NCBI RefSeq assembly: GCF_006345805.1
Contig: NC_042997.1
Coordinates: 112,592,001-112,656,000 of the forward strand
Length of the DNA stretch: 64,000 nucleotides
Reading direction: 5' to 3'
Origin: Octopus sinensis
Lineage: Eukaryota
Within the stretch, counting starts at the first letter, position 1, and the number at the start of each line of letters is the position of its first letter. The notes beneath the pieces were generated by a model. The model did no database searches. It was not told where the DNA came from and saw only the letters and a list, made by a program, of their open reading frames with translations. The position numbers and the translations under genes were made by a program. Positions 53,182 to 64,000 of this stretch are shown piece by piece.

Positions 53182-54674
53182 TTAGGCAAATTATTTAAGC
53201 TACGTAAGTTCTACTCCTTTTGTATATGTTCAAGTCCCTTCACGACAGGAATGTGCTGATGATGGCTATTGAGGCAGAAACACATGTCCATGGCTGTCCT
53301 CTTATCTCCAGACAATAAGCCTGGTCTTTTCCTGAATGTCAAGTCAGTTTTGGAGAAATTCTGCAGTTTTGAGATTATTTCCCCCTTCTCCTATGGAGCC
53401 GGTCTTAACTGCCATTTGGTAAGAAGCCGAGATAATTTTTTAATAAATCAAAAATTCAGTTTGAATGGCCCTTGATACGCCTGTATCATTTTTGATACAG
53501 CTTCTTCGCAAAGTAGAGCTATAATAATACTGAAGGGGATGAAAGAGGGAGAGAACAAGAGTCTTGTAGTAGAGGGAAAGGTGGAAAGGATGGTGGTGGT
53601 GAGGTGTGAGAATATACCCTGAGGGTACAAGGAGGGGAAGAGAGATAGAGTAAGGTCAGGAAATCAAGGATGAATGGGTGGGTGGGTGGGTCTGCAAGTG
53701 TGTGAAAGGAGAGAGACAAAATGGTTTGAAATAAGGGTAGAAAAGAAGTGAATAATGAACATAGACGGAGGCGTGGAGAATGGTGGGTCTCAGTTTGGGG
53801 GGAGGAGGTTAAAGGCAAATAGGAATAGATCGAGGAGGAGATGGGTGAGGTGAGGAGGTAGAGAGAAACAGCATAAGAAAACCATGTATGTGTCAGTTAT
53901 CTCATACTTATTTCAGGCATTGGAGTGCAAGTCATGCCAGGGTGCCACATTGAAGGCTTTAGCAAATTGACACCAGGGCTTTTTTTTTTCTTTTTAAACC
54001 CAGCACTTATTCTATCAGTCTCTTTTGCTAAACTGCTAAGTTACAGTGATGTAAACAAATCAACACTGATTGTGAAGTGGTAGTGGGGTACGAATACAAA
54101 GACACACTCACACAGATATACATGCACACACACACACACACATACACACACAAAGAGGTATATATATAATCTACTAAAGTGGTGTTGAGCACTCATTCTC
54201 ACTGTTCAATATTAGTGTATATGATGAGCCTCTTTCTTGCTTCCATCTACCAAATCCACTCACAAAGCTTTGGTTAGTTGATGGGTTATCGTAGAAGACA
54301 CTCACCAATGGTAGCGCACAGTAGGACTGAACCCAAGGCACAGGGTTGGGAAGGAAGCTTCTCAATTGTACACCCAGGCTTATGCCTTTACAGCACAGCC
54401 ACACCTGAGCCTATATCAGCAGTTCTCAATCGTAGCTCCCAGGGACGCATGCAGTCCTCAGGCATCCATCCAGTGGCCCCTGACAGTCTTCTCTCTACAA
54501 ATTTAATCATTTTTTCTTTAATTGACTTCTGTTTTACATTTTTTGGTGCAGACCCCTAAAACAACCCGGGCTTTGAGTCTGACCCGGATATTAAAGCGGA
54601 TGAGAACCTCTGATCTATATATTTCAGAAGGAGAAAGGAACAGAATTCAAGTAAATAGAGGAAGAATAACATAC

Positions 54675-55013
54675 TATGGTTGAACTGATATCTCCACTAG
54701 TGAACAACTCAGAGTCATACTCCTTGTAAGCCTTCAAGTCTTCAAAACCAGCTGACGACATTTTTGACTTTGACTCTGTACCATGAATGGAGGATGTGGA
54801 GTCAAGATGCTTAATCAGCTCGTGATTCACCACTTTCTTGGTTAACTCCAATGTGAACATTGTCCACTGATATCTCACAACCAATGGGCTGTTATTCATA
54901 ATATTTATTATCTTTGTTTCAGTGCTGTTGTTCATGATGCAGCCAAAGTCGACTTCTGTTTGTTCAAAAGTGAGGTTGGGAAAGTAAACTTCTCCATGTA
55001 AAGTGATATAATC
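54675..55013 (-). CDS. HYDIN: HYDIN exon 4 (DYITLHGEVYFPNLTFEQTEVDFGCIMNNSTETK...GDISSTI)
   Basis: TTTCTAG acceptor, GTATGT donor, 339 nt, phase 0-0. GEVYFPNL...DFGCI is a HYDIN ASH/Ig-like repeat motif; overlaps ORF 54624..54935. Confidence 0.88.
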
Positions 55014-55102
55014 CTAGAAAAAAAATACAATTCCATTTATCAGAAGAGAAAACAAACTATGTACTCTTTTAATAGAGACAATAGAAAATCAATGTACTTT
55101 AA

Positions 55103-56147
55103 CCCTTTCGTTACCATATTTCTGACCAAAATACACCCCTTATGTGTTTCAATTATTTTCTAACGTAATCATAAATTTAGTCTGGTTTCATTAAACAACA
55201 ATAACTTTTTTATTTATCAATATATTAACGTGAATTTTGGAAGATAATTTAATGAAATGTTCTCAACCAATTCTATATAATAATTTTTGTCACGAAGTGA
55301 CTCTAATTGCAGGTAGATACAGGTAAATTCAACAAAATATAAAATTATTAAAATTTTGTTCAAACATCGCTATAGAAAATGGGTTATTAGCTAATATTCA
55401 ATTGGGTATACAACAAAATTTTACGATAGAATTTGTTATTCTGGGTAACTTTCTGATACCCATAATAATATTTATGGCAAAATAGTCTTAATTTCATTTA
55501 AGGTTTGGTTGGAAACCACTAACTATCCTTTCTTTCGCTTTGTTTACGTTTAGCGTAACGGTTCGTTTCCGCCATAATGAGTTCAAATAGACTCATTCGA
55601 AAAAGTAAAAAGAAATAGTCTAAGGCTTTACTCTTCTGGGAAAGTCTGTGGCTTGGTCCAGTTTCTTCAGAAAAATCACCGAAAGAAACAGTTTTTAAAT
55701 TTTCACTCCATTCAGGTGCCAATTCATTGTCTTTATCGCTGTCGGAGCTCTCGGATTCACTGTTTTCACTTTCGGAAAATGAAACATCAGATTCATTATC
55801 AAATACCACATGCTTTTTTTTTTTCAGTCATAGAGTTAGATTTATGAAGGTCTTCAGTAGAAAATCCTTCGAATTCTGACTCGCTGCTTGATATAATGAA
55901 ATGTGTATCCATTTTTTGTCAGAATTACAAATTTTGAAAACACAATAGGAACAAATTTTGGAAAAAAATCTCCCAAAATTCACGGAATTAAAATTACACT
56001 TCGATTGTTGTACAAAACTGTAGTTGAACTGTTTACGAAGTATAATACGTGTTTTCACAAATGTACTAAAGAGATTTGCTCTGATATTCTCATTTAAATA
56101 TGAATAGGTAAATTCGGGCGGGTTTGGGCGGTTTGGTATCGAAAGGG
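55103..56147 (-). mobile_element. Internally deleted piggyBac-type element with transposase N-terminus
   Basis: TTAA|CCCTTTCG ... CGAAAGGG|TTAA; ORF 55519..55809 with acidic N-terminus and ALDYFFLLF...IMAETNRYA motif. Confidence 0.8.
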
Positions 56148-56151
56148 TTAA

Positions 56152-56617
56152 TCCTTTTGATACCAACCCAGCTGAAACAACCAATGGCTCTGTAGTACAA
56201 ATGTCTTGTTTTCATAAGTTCTCAATTAAAATCTTCCACCAAACCTTAGTCACAATTCATGTTCTTAACACTAGCTGAATGATAACTAAGTCATTTTACT
56301 AAATTCTTTGTTATATTTAAAATTAACTGAAAGAAACACAGAGCATCTTAACAGAAATATGGTAACAGAAGAGTTAAAATATATAATAGAGAAACAATTC
56401 TTAACCCTTTCGATACCAACCTGCCTGAAACTGCCTCTGGCTCTGTAGTACAAATGTCTTGTTTTCATAAGTTCTCAATTAAAATTTTCCACCTTAGTCA
56501 CAGTTTATGTTCCTAACACTAGCTTAATGATAACTAAGTCATTTTACTAAATTCTTTGTTATATTTTAAATTAATTGAAACACAGAGCAACACAAAAGAA
56601 ATATGGTAACAAAAGGG
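56152..56617. mobile_element. Two tandem piggyBac-type MITEs (56152-56373, 56405-56617)
   Basis: TTAA-flanked, CCCTTT/AAAGGG-like ends, about 215-bp near-duplicates. Relatives at 26286-27090 and about 11790-12070. Confidence 0.72.
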
Positions 56618-57077
56618 TTAATCAACAAATAAACATTTATGGTTTAAGGAATTGTTGGAATAACAATAAATACCTGCTGTCAATACTCTCATCAATATTC
56701 CTATCAATAGCCACCCAATAATGCCCACCCCCATCAATGCCTTCCCATCACTCTCCCTATCAATACTCCCCCATCAACCCATCCATCCCCGTCAATACCT
56801 TCACATAGACACTCATTCCTTTTAGCATATTCCACCCCATTCAAACACGAGTATACATGTCCCTGTCATATTTCATCTTTGAAGAACAACTTCTCTTTTC
56901 CGATGATGAATGTCAACAACAGACTATTCAGTGATGACACATCCTCAGAAGGAAGAAATTATTCTCTGAAGATGAAATACAACAGTGATTAGTGTATTAG
57001 CATACAAATCTAGCAGAACGTATCAAGAATGAATGTGTATATCATTTTGATTATTAGAGTTTTACGTCTGGGTAACT

Positions 57078-57120
57078 TTGACTGAAGAGACACAATGATG
57101 TTGAAACACTGGTGTCTCAG
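57078..57120 (+). ncRNA. Solo type I hammerhead motif
   Basis: UUGA-CUGAAGA-GACA(CAAUGA)UGUU-GAAA-CACUGGUG-UC-UCAG. GUC cleavage triplet; all three stems pair. Confidence 0.6.
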
Positions 57121-57419
57121 TGTCTCCTTATGTCATTTAATTGAATGTGTTGTCAACACACATCACCTGAAAGGAGAAACTCTGTCACCAAAGGTGGAAT
57201 ACAACAGCAATTAGCATATTTCCATTCAAATCTGAACAGGCTATGAATGAATATCATTTCGATTCTTGCCGTTTTATATCATCATCAACACCACCATCAC
57301 TACCAATACCACCATCATCACCACCATCATCACTATCATCACCATCACCACTACTATCATCATCACATCCACCGCCATCATTACCACCACCATCACCACC
57401 ACCATCAGCATCACCAGCA

Positions 57420-57760
57420 GGAGGCGCAATGGCCCAGTGGTTAGGGCAGCGGACTTGCGGTCGGAGGATCACAGTTTCAATTCCCAGACCGGGCGTTGTG
57501 TGTGTTTATTGAGCAAAAACACCTAAAGCTCCACGAGGCTCTGGCAGGGGGTGGTTGTACTCTTTCACCTCAACTTTCTCTCACTCTTTCTTCCTGTTTC
57601 TTGTCCCCAACTTCCTACACAACCCCCGAGCCTGGATACGCATTCATCCATACGTCAATGCTCTTGGTGTCGGGAGTTGACCTGCCTTCTCTTCTGCGAG
57701 TCTTACAAATAGCAAAGGACCATGTTTCGGACTTCTCCCACTACAGACAATCCTGAGGCG
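57420..57760 (+). mobile_element. tRNA-headed SINE (second copy about 58608-58790)
   Basis: GGCGCAATGGCCCAGTGGTTAGGGCAGCGGAC...TTCAATTCC with A/B boxes, followed by non-tRNA body. Confidence 0.65.
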
Positions 57761-58081
57761 CAATCTTGCGAGCTGTGGAACGAAGACTGCTTCGCTCAAC
57801 AAAACAAAACAAAGCATCACCAGCAGTCGAGTTTATTTCAGATATTCTCATTCTAAAAATCATCTCTGGCTAATTGTTGAGAGGACATTGGTGTTGCCTT
57901 GGTGGAGGTTTGAGCTCTCTGAGTGCACTTGTTGTTTAACATATTAAATTATTTTTGCTTACATTTTCAGACATTTACAAATACATGAAGGTCTTAATCC
58001 AGCCCTGTGCACCTTCATTGCTGTTTTACTTTCTCATAGTAAATTAATTTTTCAAAATATGGTTGATATTAAAATGCTTAC

Positions 58082-58210
58082 AATGTGAGGATGTTCATCA
58101 TAGCTGATGGTTAGACTCTGTTCAATAATTCGGGTGACTAAATCATCTTTATAACATGGATTGAACTGGATCTTTAAGGCACAGACTTCACCAACATCTA
58201 TTTGTATTTT
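58082..58210 (-). CDS. HYDIN: HYDIN exon 3 (KIQIDVGEVCALKIQFNPCYKDDLVTRIIEQSLTISYDEHPHI)
   Basis: TTTTTCCAG acceptor, GTAAGC donor, 129 nt, phase 0-0. Resembles the HYDIN FDPSY...EHP segment. Confidence 0.85.
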
Positions 58211-61200
58211 CTGGAAAAACAAAATAATTGAAGATTAATAAAACAACAGAAACAGATGGTGTTGATGATGATGATGGTGATGATGATGGTGATGATGGCA
58301 GTGGTGGTGGCAGTGGTAGTGGTGGTGGTGGTGATGGTGATGATGGTGGTGATGATGGTGATGATGATGGTGAAGGTTGCTTTTGTCAATTTCAACATTT
58401 GAGTGTTTGAAGGAAGGGATTTAAAAAAAAAAGGAAAAACAAGGATTAAAAACAAAAGAAGCTGCATCTATTTGTGATGAATGCTTGACTGTAATTGGAG
58501 TCCAGGTTTGGATTTTGCTATGAAAGGAGGGACTTTGATGATTTTGATTTTTTCTGGGATTGGACATATGTATCTGTAGATTGCAGGATAACAACAACAG
58601 CAACAGTGGAGGCACAATGGCCCAGTGGTTAGGGCAGTGGACTTGCAGTTGTAAGAACGCGGTTTCAATTCCCAGACCGGGCATTGCGTGTGTTTACTGA
58701 GCAAAAACACCTAAGTTCCACAAGGCTCCGGTGGTGAACCCCGCTGTACTCTTTCATCACAACTTTCTCTCACTCTTTCTTCCTACTTCTGCCACAAAGC
58801 AGAGGAACCATGGTGTAACCCACTATGGTGTGGTAAACTTTCAGACCCTAGTCTAGATTGCGAATCCTCTGTACCCCAGGATGGTTCAGCTCTCCACCCA
58901 TTAAAAGCCACCATTTATAGAATGAGGATAACAACGTAGCTTTTGCACCCGTGCAACCGCCAGTCTATCGCGTGCGGTGGGTGGATCTTCAACTTGCCAC
59001 ACGCATTCTTAGTAGCTTAGAGTAGGTTCAAATTATAGATTATTCTTTGTCGGTAATGGCATGAGTCCTGATTGGAAGAAGAAGAAAACAGCAACAACAA
59101 ACCTTCCTGCTATAATCACAAGGCTTGCAATTTTGGCCGAGGATGTGTGTGTGTGTTTGTGGGGGGGCTAGCCAATTTGAGCCAATACTCAACTGGTTCC
59201 TTATTTTATCAACCCCGAAAGAATGAAGGACAAAGTTAACCTCTGCAAGGGGTTAGGGTTAGGCAATTTCAGGGGTTGGGGCTAAGTCAATTACATTGAC
59301 TCCAGTGCTCAACTGGTACTTATTTTATCGTCCCCCAACAGCATTTGAACCAAGAATGTGAGGTTGGAAGAAATGCCACTAAGCACTGTGTCCAACCTGG
59401 TAACAATTCCTATTTCTTTATTTCCCACAAGGGGCTAAACACAGAGGGGACAAACAAAGAGAGAGAAACGGATTGAGTTGATAACATCGACCCCAGTACG
59501 CAACTGGTACTTAATTTATCGACCCCGAAAGGATGAAAGGCAAAGTTGACCTTGGCGGAATTTGAACTCAGAATGTAACAGCAGATGAAATACTGCTAAG
59601 CATTTCGCCCGGCGTGCTAATGTTTCTACCAGCTCACCGCCTTTAACAATTCTGCTAAGTCACAGCCTTAAGAACAACAACAATAACAGCAACAACAACT
59701 CTTTCTACTAAAGGCATAAGGCCTGAAATTTAGGGGAAGGGGACTAGTCGATTACATCTACCCCAGCGTTCAACTGGTACTTAATTTATCGACCTTGAAA
59801 GGATGAAAGGCAAAGTCGACTTCAGCAGAATTTGAATTCAGAATGTAGCGGCAGACGAAATACCACAAACCATTTCGCCTGGCATGCTAACAATTCCACC
59901 AGCTCATTGCCTTAACAACAACAATGATAATAACAAGAGCACTCAGAGAGTGCAAACATCGGCCAAAGCAACACCAATGTCCTCTCAACGATTAGCCAGA
60001 GATGATTTTTAAAATGGGAATTTCTGAAATAAACTCAACTGCTCTCATATATGAGAATACTAAAAATGAATCCAACTGCTCTCAAAAATGAAGTAAAAAA
60101 AAAATGGAAAAATAGTCCAGAATCCTTGTCTGGTACCAGATCAATCCCAACATCTGATCAGTTCGTGCCAGTCATGAGGCCAAACATTCCTGAAAGTTTC
60201 ATCTGAATCCATCAAGCGATTCTTGAGATATCTTGTCCACGGACAAACAAACAAATGTGACTATAAACAATACCCCTGTCTTTACTAAGAGGGGAAGTAG
60301 TAATCATAAAAAGAACAAGATAATTACAATAAGAGGTCGATTGTAAATGATTATATATATATATCAAAAATCAATGGAAATTGTAGTTGTGATCCTGTGC
60401 CAGTGGCATGTAAAAAGCACCATCCGAATGTGGCCGATGCCAGCGCCGCCTTGACTGGCTTCCGTGACGGTGACACATAAAAAGCACCATCTGAACGTGG
60501 CTTATGCCAGTACCCACTGACTGGCTCCCATGCCACTGGGATGTAAATAGCACCATCCGAACATGACCGATGGTGGTACCTCCTGACTGGCTCCTGTGCC
60601 AGTGGAATGTAAAAAGCACCCACTACACTCTCAGAGTGGTTGGTGTTAGGAAAGGCACCCAGCTGTAGAAACCTTGTCAGATCAGATTGGAGCCAGGTGT
60701 AGCTGCTGTGTCTCCAGACTTCTGTCAAACCGTCCAACCCATGCCAGCATGGAAAACGGATGTTAATCAATGATGATGTTGATGATGAAATGTCCTAACA
60801 GATTAAGAACTGACACAGGTTATTTATTTCAAGATCTGACAATTCTGAATGTGAAAAAATGTCTCCGAAAGTCAAGGAGACATTTAGTACTCATGAATCC
60901 ACATATAAAATCAAGGAGCCTACAAGACTGTGAACTCTAAGGGGCAGCTTTATGCTAGGAGATGATGGGTAAAAGTACGAGGGAGGGGACCTGGAGCAGA
61001 AGTGGTTTCTTGCTGTAGAAGTGCTACATGGTTATTCACATTTTAGGAGAGAGTGTGGGTGGGATTGGGGGTAATTGCGGTGGACATGGGAAGGGATGAA
61101 AATAGTGAGGATGAGGTGTCTGGGTGGTCCATTAAGGGTACAAGGTGGGTAAAAGTGAGTGGGGAGGCAGACAGTGGGAGCAGAAGTGTGAGAGATAGAG

Positions 61201-61808
61201 AATGTGTGAGGGAGGTGGAGGTAAGCAGCACTGTAAAGATGAAGTGAGGTTGAAGGGTGGATGCTGTAAATGATGACTAGTGGGAGGGGGGGTAACCGAC
61301 GATGGGGGAGGGGGAGGGCCAACAATGGGGTGACGGTGGGTCGGGGGGATTAAACACAAAAACTGATCTTATAATAAATGCTATCTTGGGAAGGATTTAA
61401 AAGCAAAACAAATAAGTGCAGGCATGGCTATGTGGTAAGAAGTATTGCTTCCCAACCAAGTGGTTCTGAGTTCAGTCCCACCACATGGCACCTTTGGCAA
61501 GTGCCTTCTACCATAGCCCCAAACCAACTAAAACCTTGTGAATGGATTTGGCACATGGAAACTGTGCAGAAGCCCTGTGTGTGTGTATGTGTGTGCGCAC
61601 ACGTTTGGGTCTCCTCTTATCACTTGATAACTGGTGTTGGTTTGTTTATATTCCCATACCTTAGCGGTTTTGAAAAAAGATCCAACAGAATAAGACAAAC
61701 TAAGTACGGGGGTGGGGTCGATCTGTATGACAAAAACCATTCATGGCAGTGCCCCAGCTTGGCCACAATCTAACGTCTGAAACAAGTAAAAGATAGAAGA
61801 CAACTTAC

Positions 61809-61943
61809 GACTTCTGAGAGAATCTCATCATTGTACACAATCTTGAAAGGGTCTGGTATCTGCAGGTTGATTGTGAGGGGCAGAATGGCTGTGTTGGTCA
61901 GTTGAAGGTCTTGATACAGAAGGCCCAGTTTCATATCTGGGGT
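61809..61943 (-). CDS. HYDIN: HYDIN exon 2 (TPDMKLGLLYQDLQLTNTAILPLTINLQIPDPFKIVYNDEILSEV)
   Basis: TTTTCAG acceptor, GTAAGT donor, 135 nt, phase 0-0, open frame. Not in the ORF track. Confidence 0.82.
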
Positions 61944-62165
61944 CTGAAAATATATTTTAATTACCTTTTAGTTTATAAATAATCCCTAAATACTTTTAAT
62001 TATAAAGGCAGGTACAGCTGTGTACTTGAGAAGTTTGCTTCAAAACAGTGGTCTTAGGTTCAGTTCTATGGCATGGAACCTTGGGTAAGTGTCATCTATT
62101 AAAGCCCAGGCCGACCAATGCCTTGCAAGGGAATTTGATAGATGAAAACTGTGTGGAAGCCCACC

Positions 62166-62211
<46 letters not shown>

Positions 62212-62214
<3 letters not shown>

Positions 62215-62420
62215 CTGTAAAATAATATGTGACAATTATTCAATAGCCAAGATAAAACTCTGAGTTTCGGATGCCGAAGTGGAAATCCACAACACCATCT
62301 CTTCGGTTATCTGACCATCAGATAACCAAAGAGATGGTGTTGTGGATTTCCACTTCGGCATCCGAAACTCAGAGTTTTATCTTGGCTATTGAATAATTGT
62401 CACATATTATTTTACAGATA
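62212..62420. repeat. Near-perfect palindrome, 103-bp arms, 3-nt loop, one mismatch
   Basis: Arms checked base by base; only 62304/62328 mismatches. Confidence 0.95.
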
Positions 62421-62914
62421 AATTTCTTCTATTTACATAATATTGAGGTCTCTTTCTTTCTTTTGTTATCTTACCATTTTTACCAATATATATATATAAT
62501 AAGGATAAGATTGTTAAATTAAAATAAAACAATGATTTTATCAAGTGGTCAGCATGGAAAAAATAACCTTCAAAAGTAATAATTATTAAAATTATAAATT
62601 AGAGTATCTACGATATACCACCATGCTGAAAATAGCAGCCACGATCTGACTCTAAAACCACTTTAATTGTCCATATATCAACATGGAGAGAAAACAAAGA
62701 GACAAGATATAACTAGTAAAAAATTACTGGATAATTCTAGATCCCGGATTTCTGACTTTGCATTTAGGAATGCTTTGCCTTGTCAGTAGAATACACACAG
62801 AAGAGAAACATAAAATACATATATATATATATAAATACAACATACAAATACTTACGTATACCTATATATATATATATTATATATATATATATATATACAC
62901 ACACACATATATAC

Positions 62915-62946
<32 letters not shown>

Positions 62947-62998
62947 ATATTATATATATACACACACACATATATATATATAATATATATATATATAT

Positions 62999-63039
<41 letters not shown>

Positions 63040-63699
63040 TATATATATATACATATATATATATAATATATATATATATATAATATATATATATATATAC
63101 ACACACACAATATATATATACATATATATATAATATATATATATATAATATATATATATAATATATATACACACACACACATATATATATACATATATAT
63201 ATATATTATATATATATATACTATATATATATATATATATGTGTGTGTATGAGTTTGTATATGTGGCTGTGTGGTTAAGAAGTTCACTCCCCACTTAAGC
63301 ATTTTCTGGTTCAGTTCTACTGCTTGGCCCCAGGTCAACTAAAGCCTTGGGAAGATTTGATAGAAACTGAAAGAAGCCTGCTATGTGTGAGTGCTGATAG
63401 ATAATGTATATACACATGTAAGTATGTACAGAAGGAGACCCCCTTCAGTCATGAATGACCATGGGATTGCACCTAGAAAGTTACCCTCTGAGGCACAAGT
63501 CCATGCAAAGTTGTTTGTGGAAGGCCAGCAGTCTCCCATGCATACCAGCCTCCCCTCTCCACACCACCGATGTTAACCAAGGGAAAAGCATGGGCCAATA
63601 TGTATGTGCGTGTGTGTGTATATATATACATGTGTGTGTGTGTATATATATATATACATGTGTGTGTGTGTGCGTGCAAATGTGTAGCTGCACAAGTAC

Positions 63700-63850
63700 C
63701 TTGTCAGTTCTGAAGAAGATGTTTTCTCTGGAGAAATCCAGTAAAGGGTCGATGAACTGAGCTTTGACATTGACATTGATGACCAACTTCTTGCCGCCAT
63801 GCTTGCCAAGTATTGAGTAGCAATGTAATATCTCATTGATATCAGCAGGT
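63700..63850 (-). CDS. HYDIN: HYDIN internal exon 1 of 14 in window (PADINEILHCYSILGKHGGKKLVINVNVKAQFIDPLLDFSRENIFFRTDK)
   Basis: Acceptor CTCCTAG and donor AAG|GTACTT; 151 nt, phase 2 to 0. Peptide resembles HYDIN as recalled and splices in frame to the next exon. Confidence 0.8.
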
Positions 63851-64000
63851 CTAGGAGTAAATGAGAAAATGTTTTAAGAATACTTACTTCTAGAATGAAA
63901 AGCTTTAAATCAGCTCAAATATAGATTTTCATTCTACAAAACATTATAAAATTAACCTTTATGCAATTAGATTAAACACTTCTGTTGAAATTCACTGTTT

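Noticed and set aside
57420-57490. tRNA genes at SINE heads
   Set aside because: A/B boxes only; no complete cloverleaf and they continue into SINE bodies.
57243-57512. His/Pro/Asp-rich ORFs (also 4614-5151, 58198-58467)
   Set aside because: Trinucleotide or purine/pyrimidine low-complexity tracts.
59249-59265. TTAGGG repeats (also about 13183)
   Set aside because: Only two units; not an interstitial telomere.

Overview
AT-rich, repeat-dense animal genomic DNA. The SINE/LINE complement is octopus-like (inference). The window is the interior of one large minus-strand gene, HYDIN (axonemal central-pair protein). I assembled 14 in-phase GT-AG exons from 63850 down to 3020 (2663 nt, about 887 codons); the gene runs off both ends. 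The introns hold tRNA-derived SINEs, RTE and CR1-type LINEs, a Gypsy-like LTR with PBS, two mariner relics, piggyBac-type elements, non-autonomous Helitrons, a Penelope-like GIY-YIG relic and kilobases of (TA)n/(TACA)n. The most unusual signal is a concentration of hammerhead ribozyme (HHR) motifs from several unrelated repeat families. (1) A 1.7-kb tandem, retrozyme-like array at 40662-42370 has five type I HHR copies: two intact, two enzyme-strand-only and one lacking an A. It has a built-in alternative pairing that could switch the ribozyme off. (2) Several long palindromes carry an HHR in each arm. (3) Solo and variant-core HHR motifs also occur. All RNA structures were paired by eye; no folding, alignment or database search was run. 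Nearly all (TA)n-derived ORFs in the track are artefacts.
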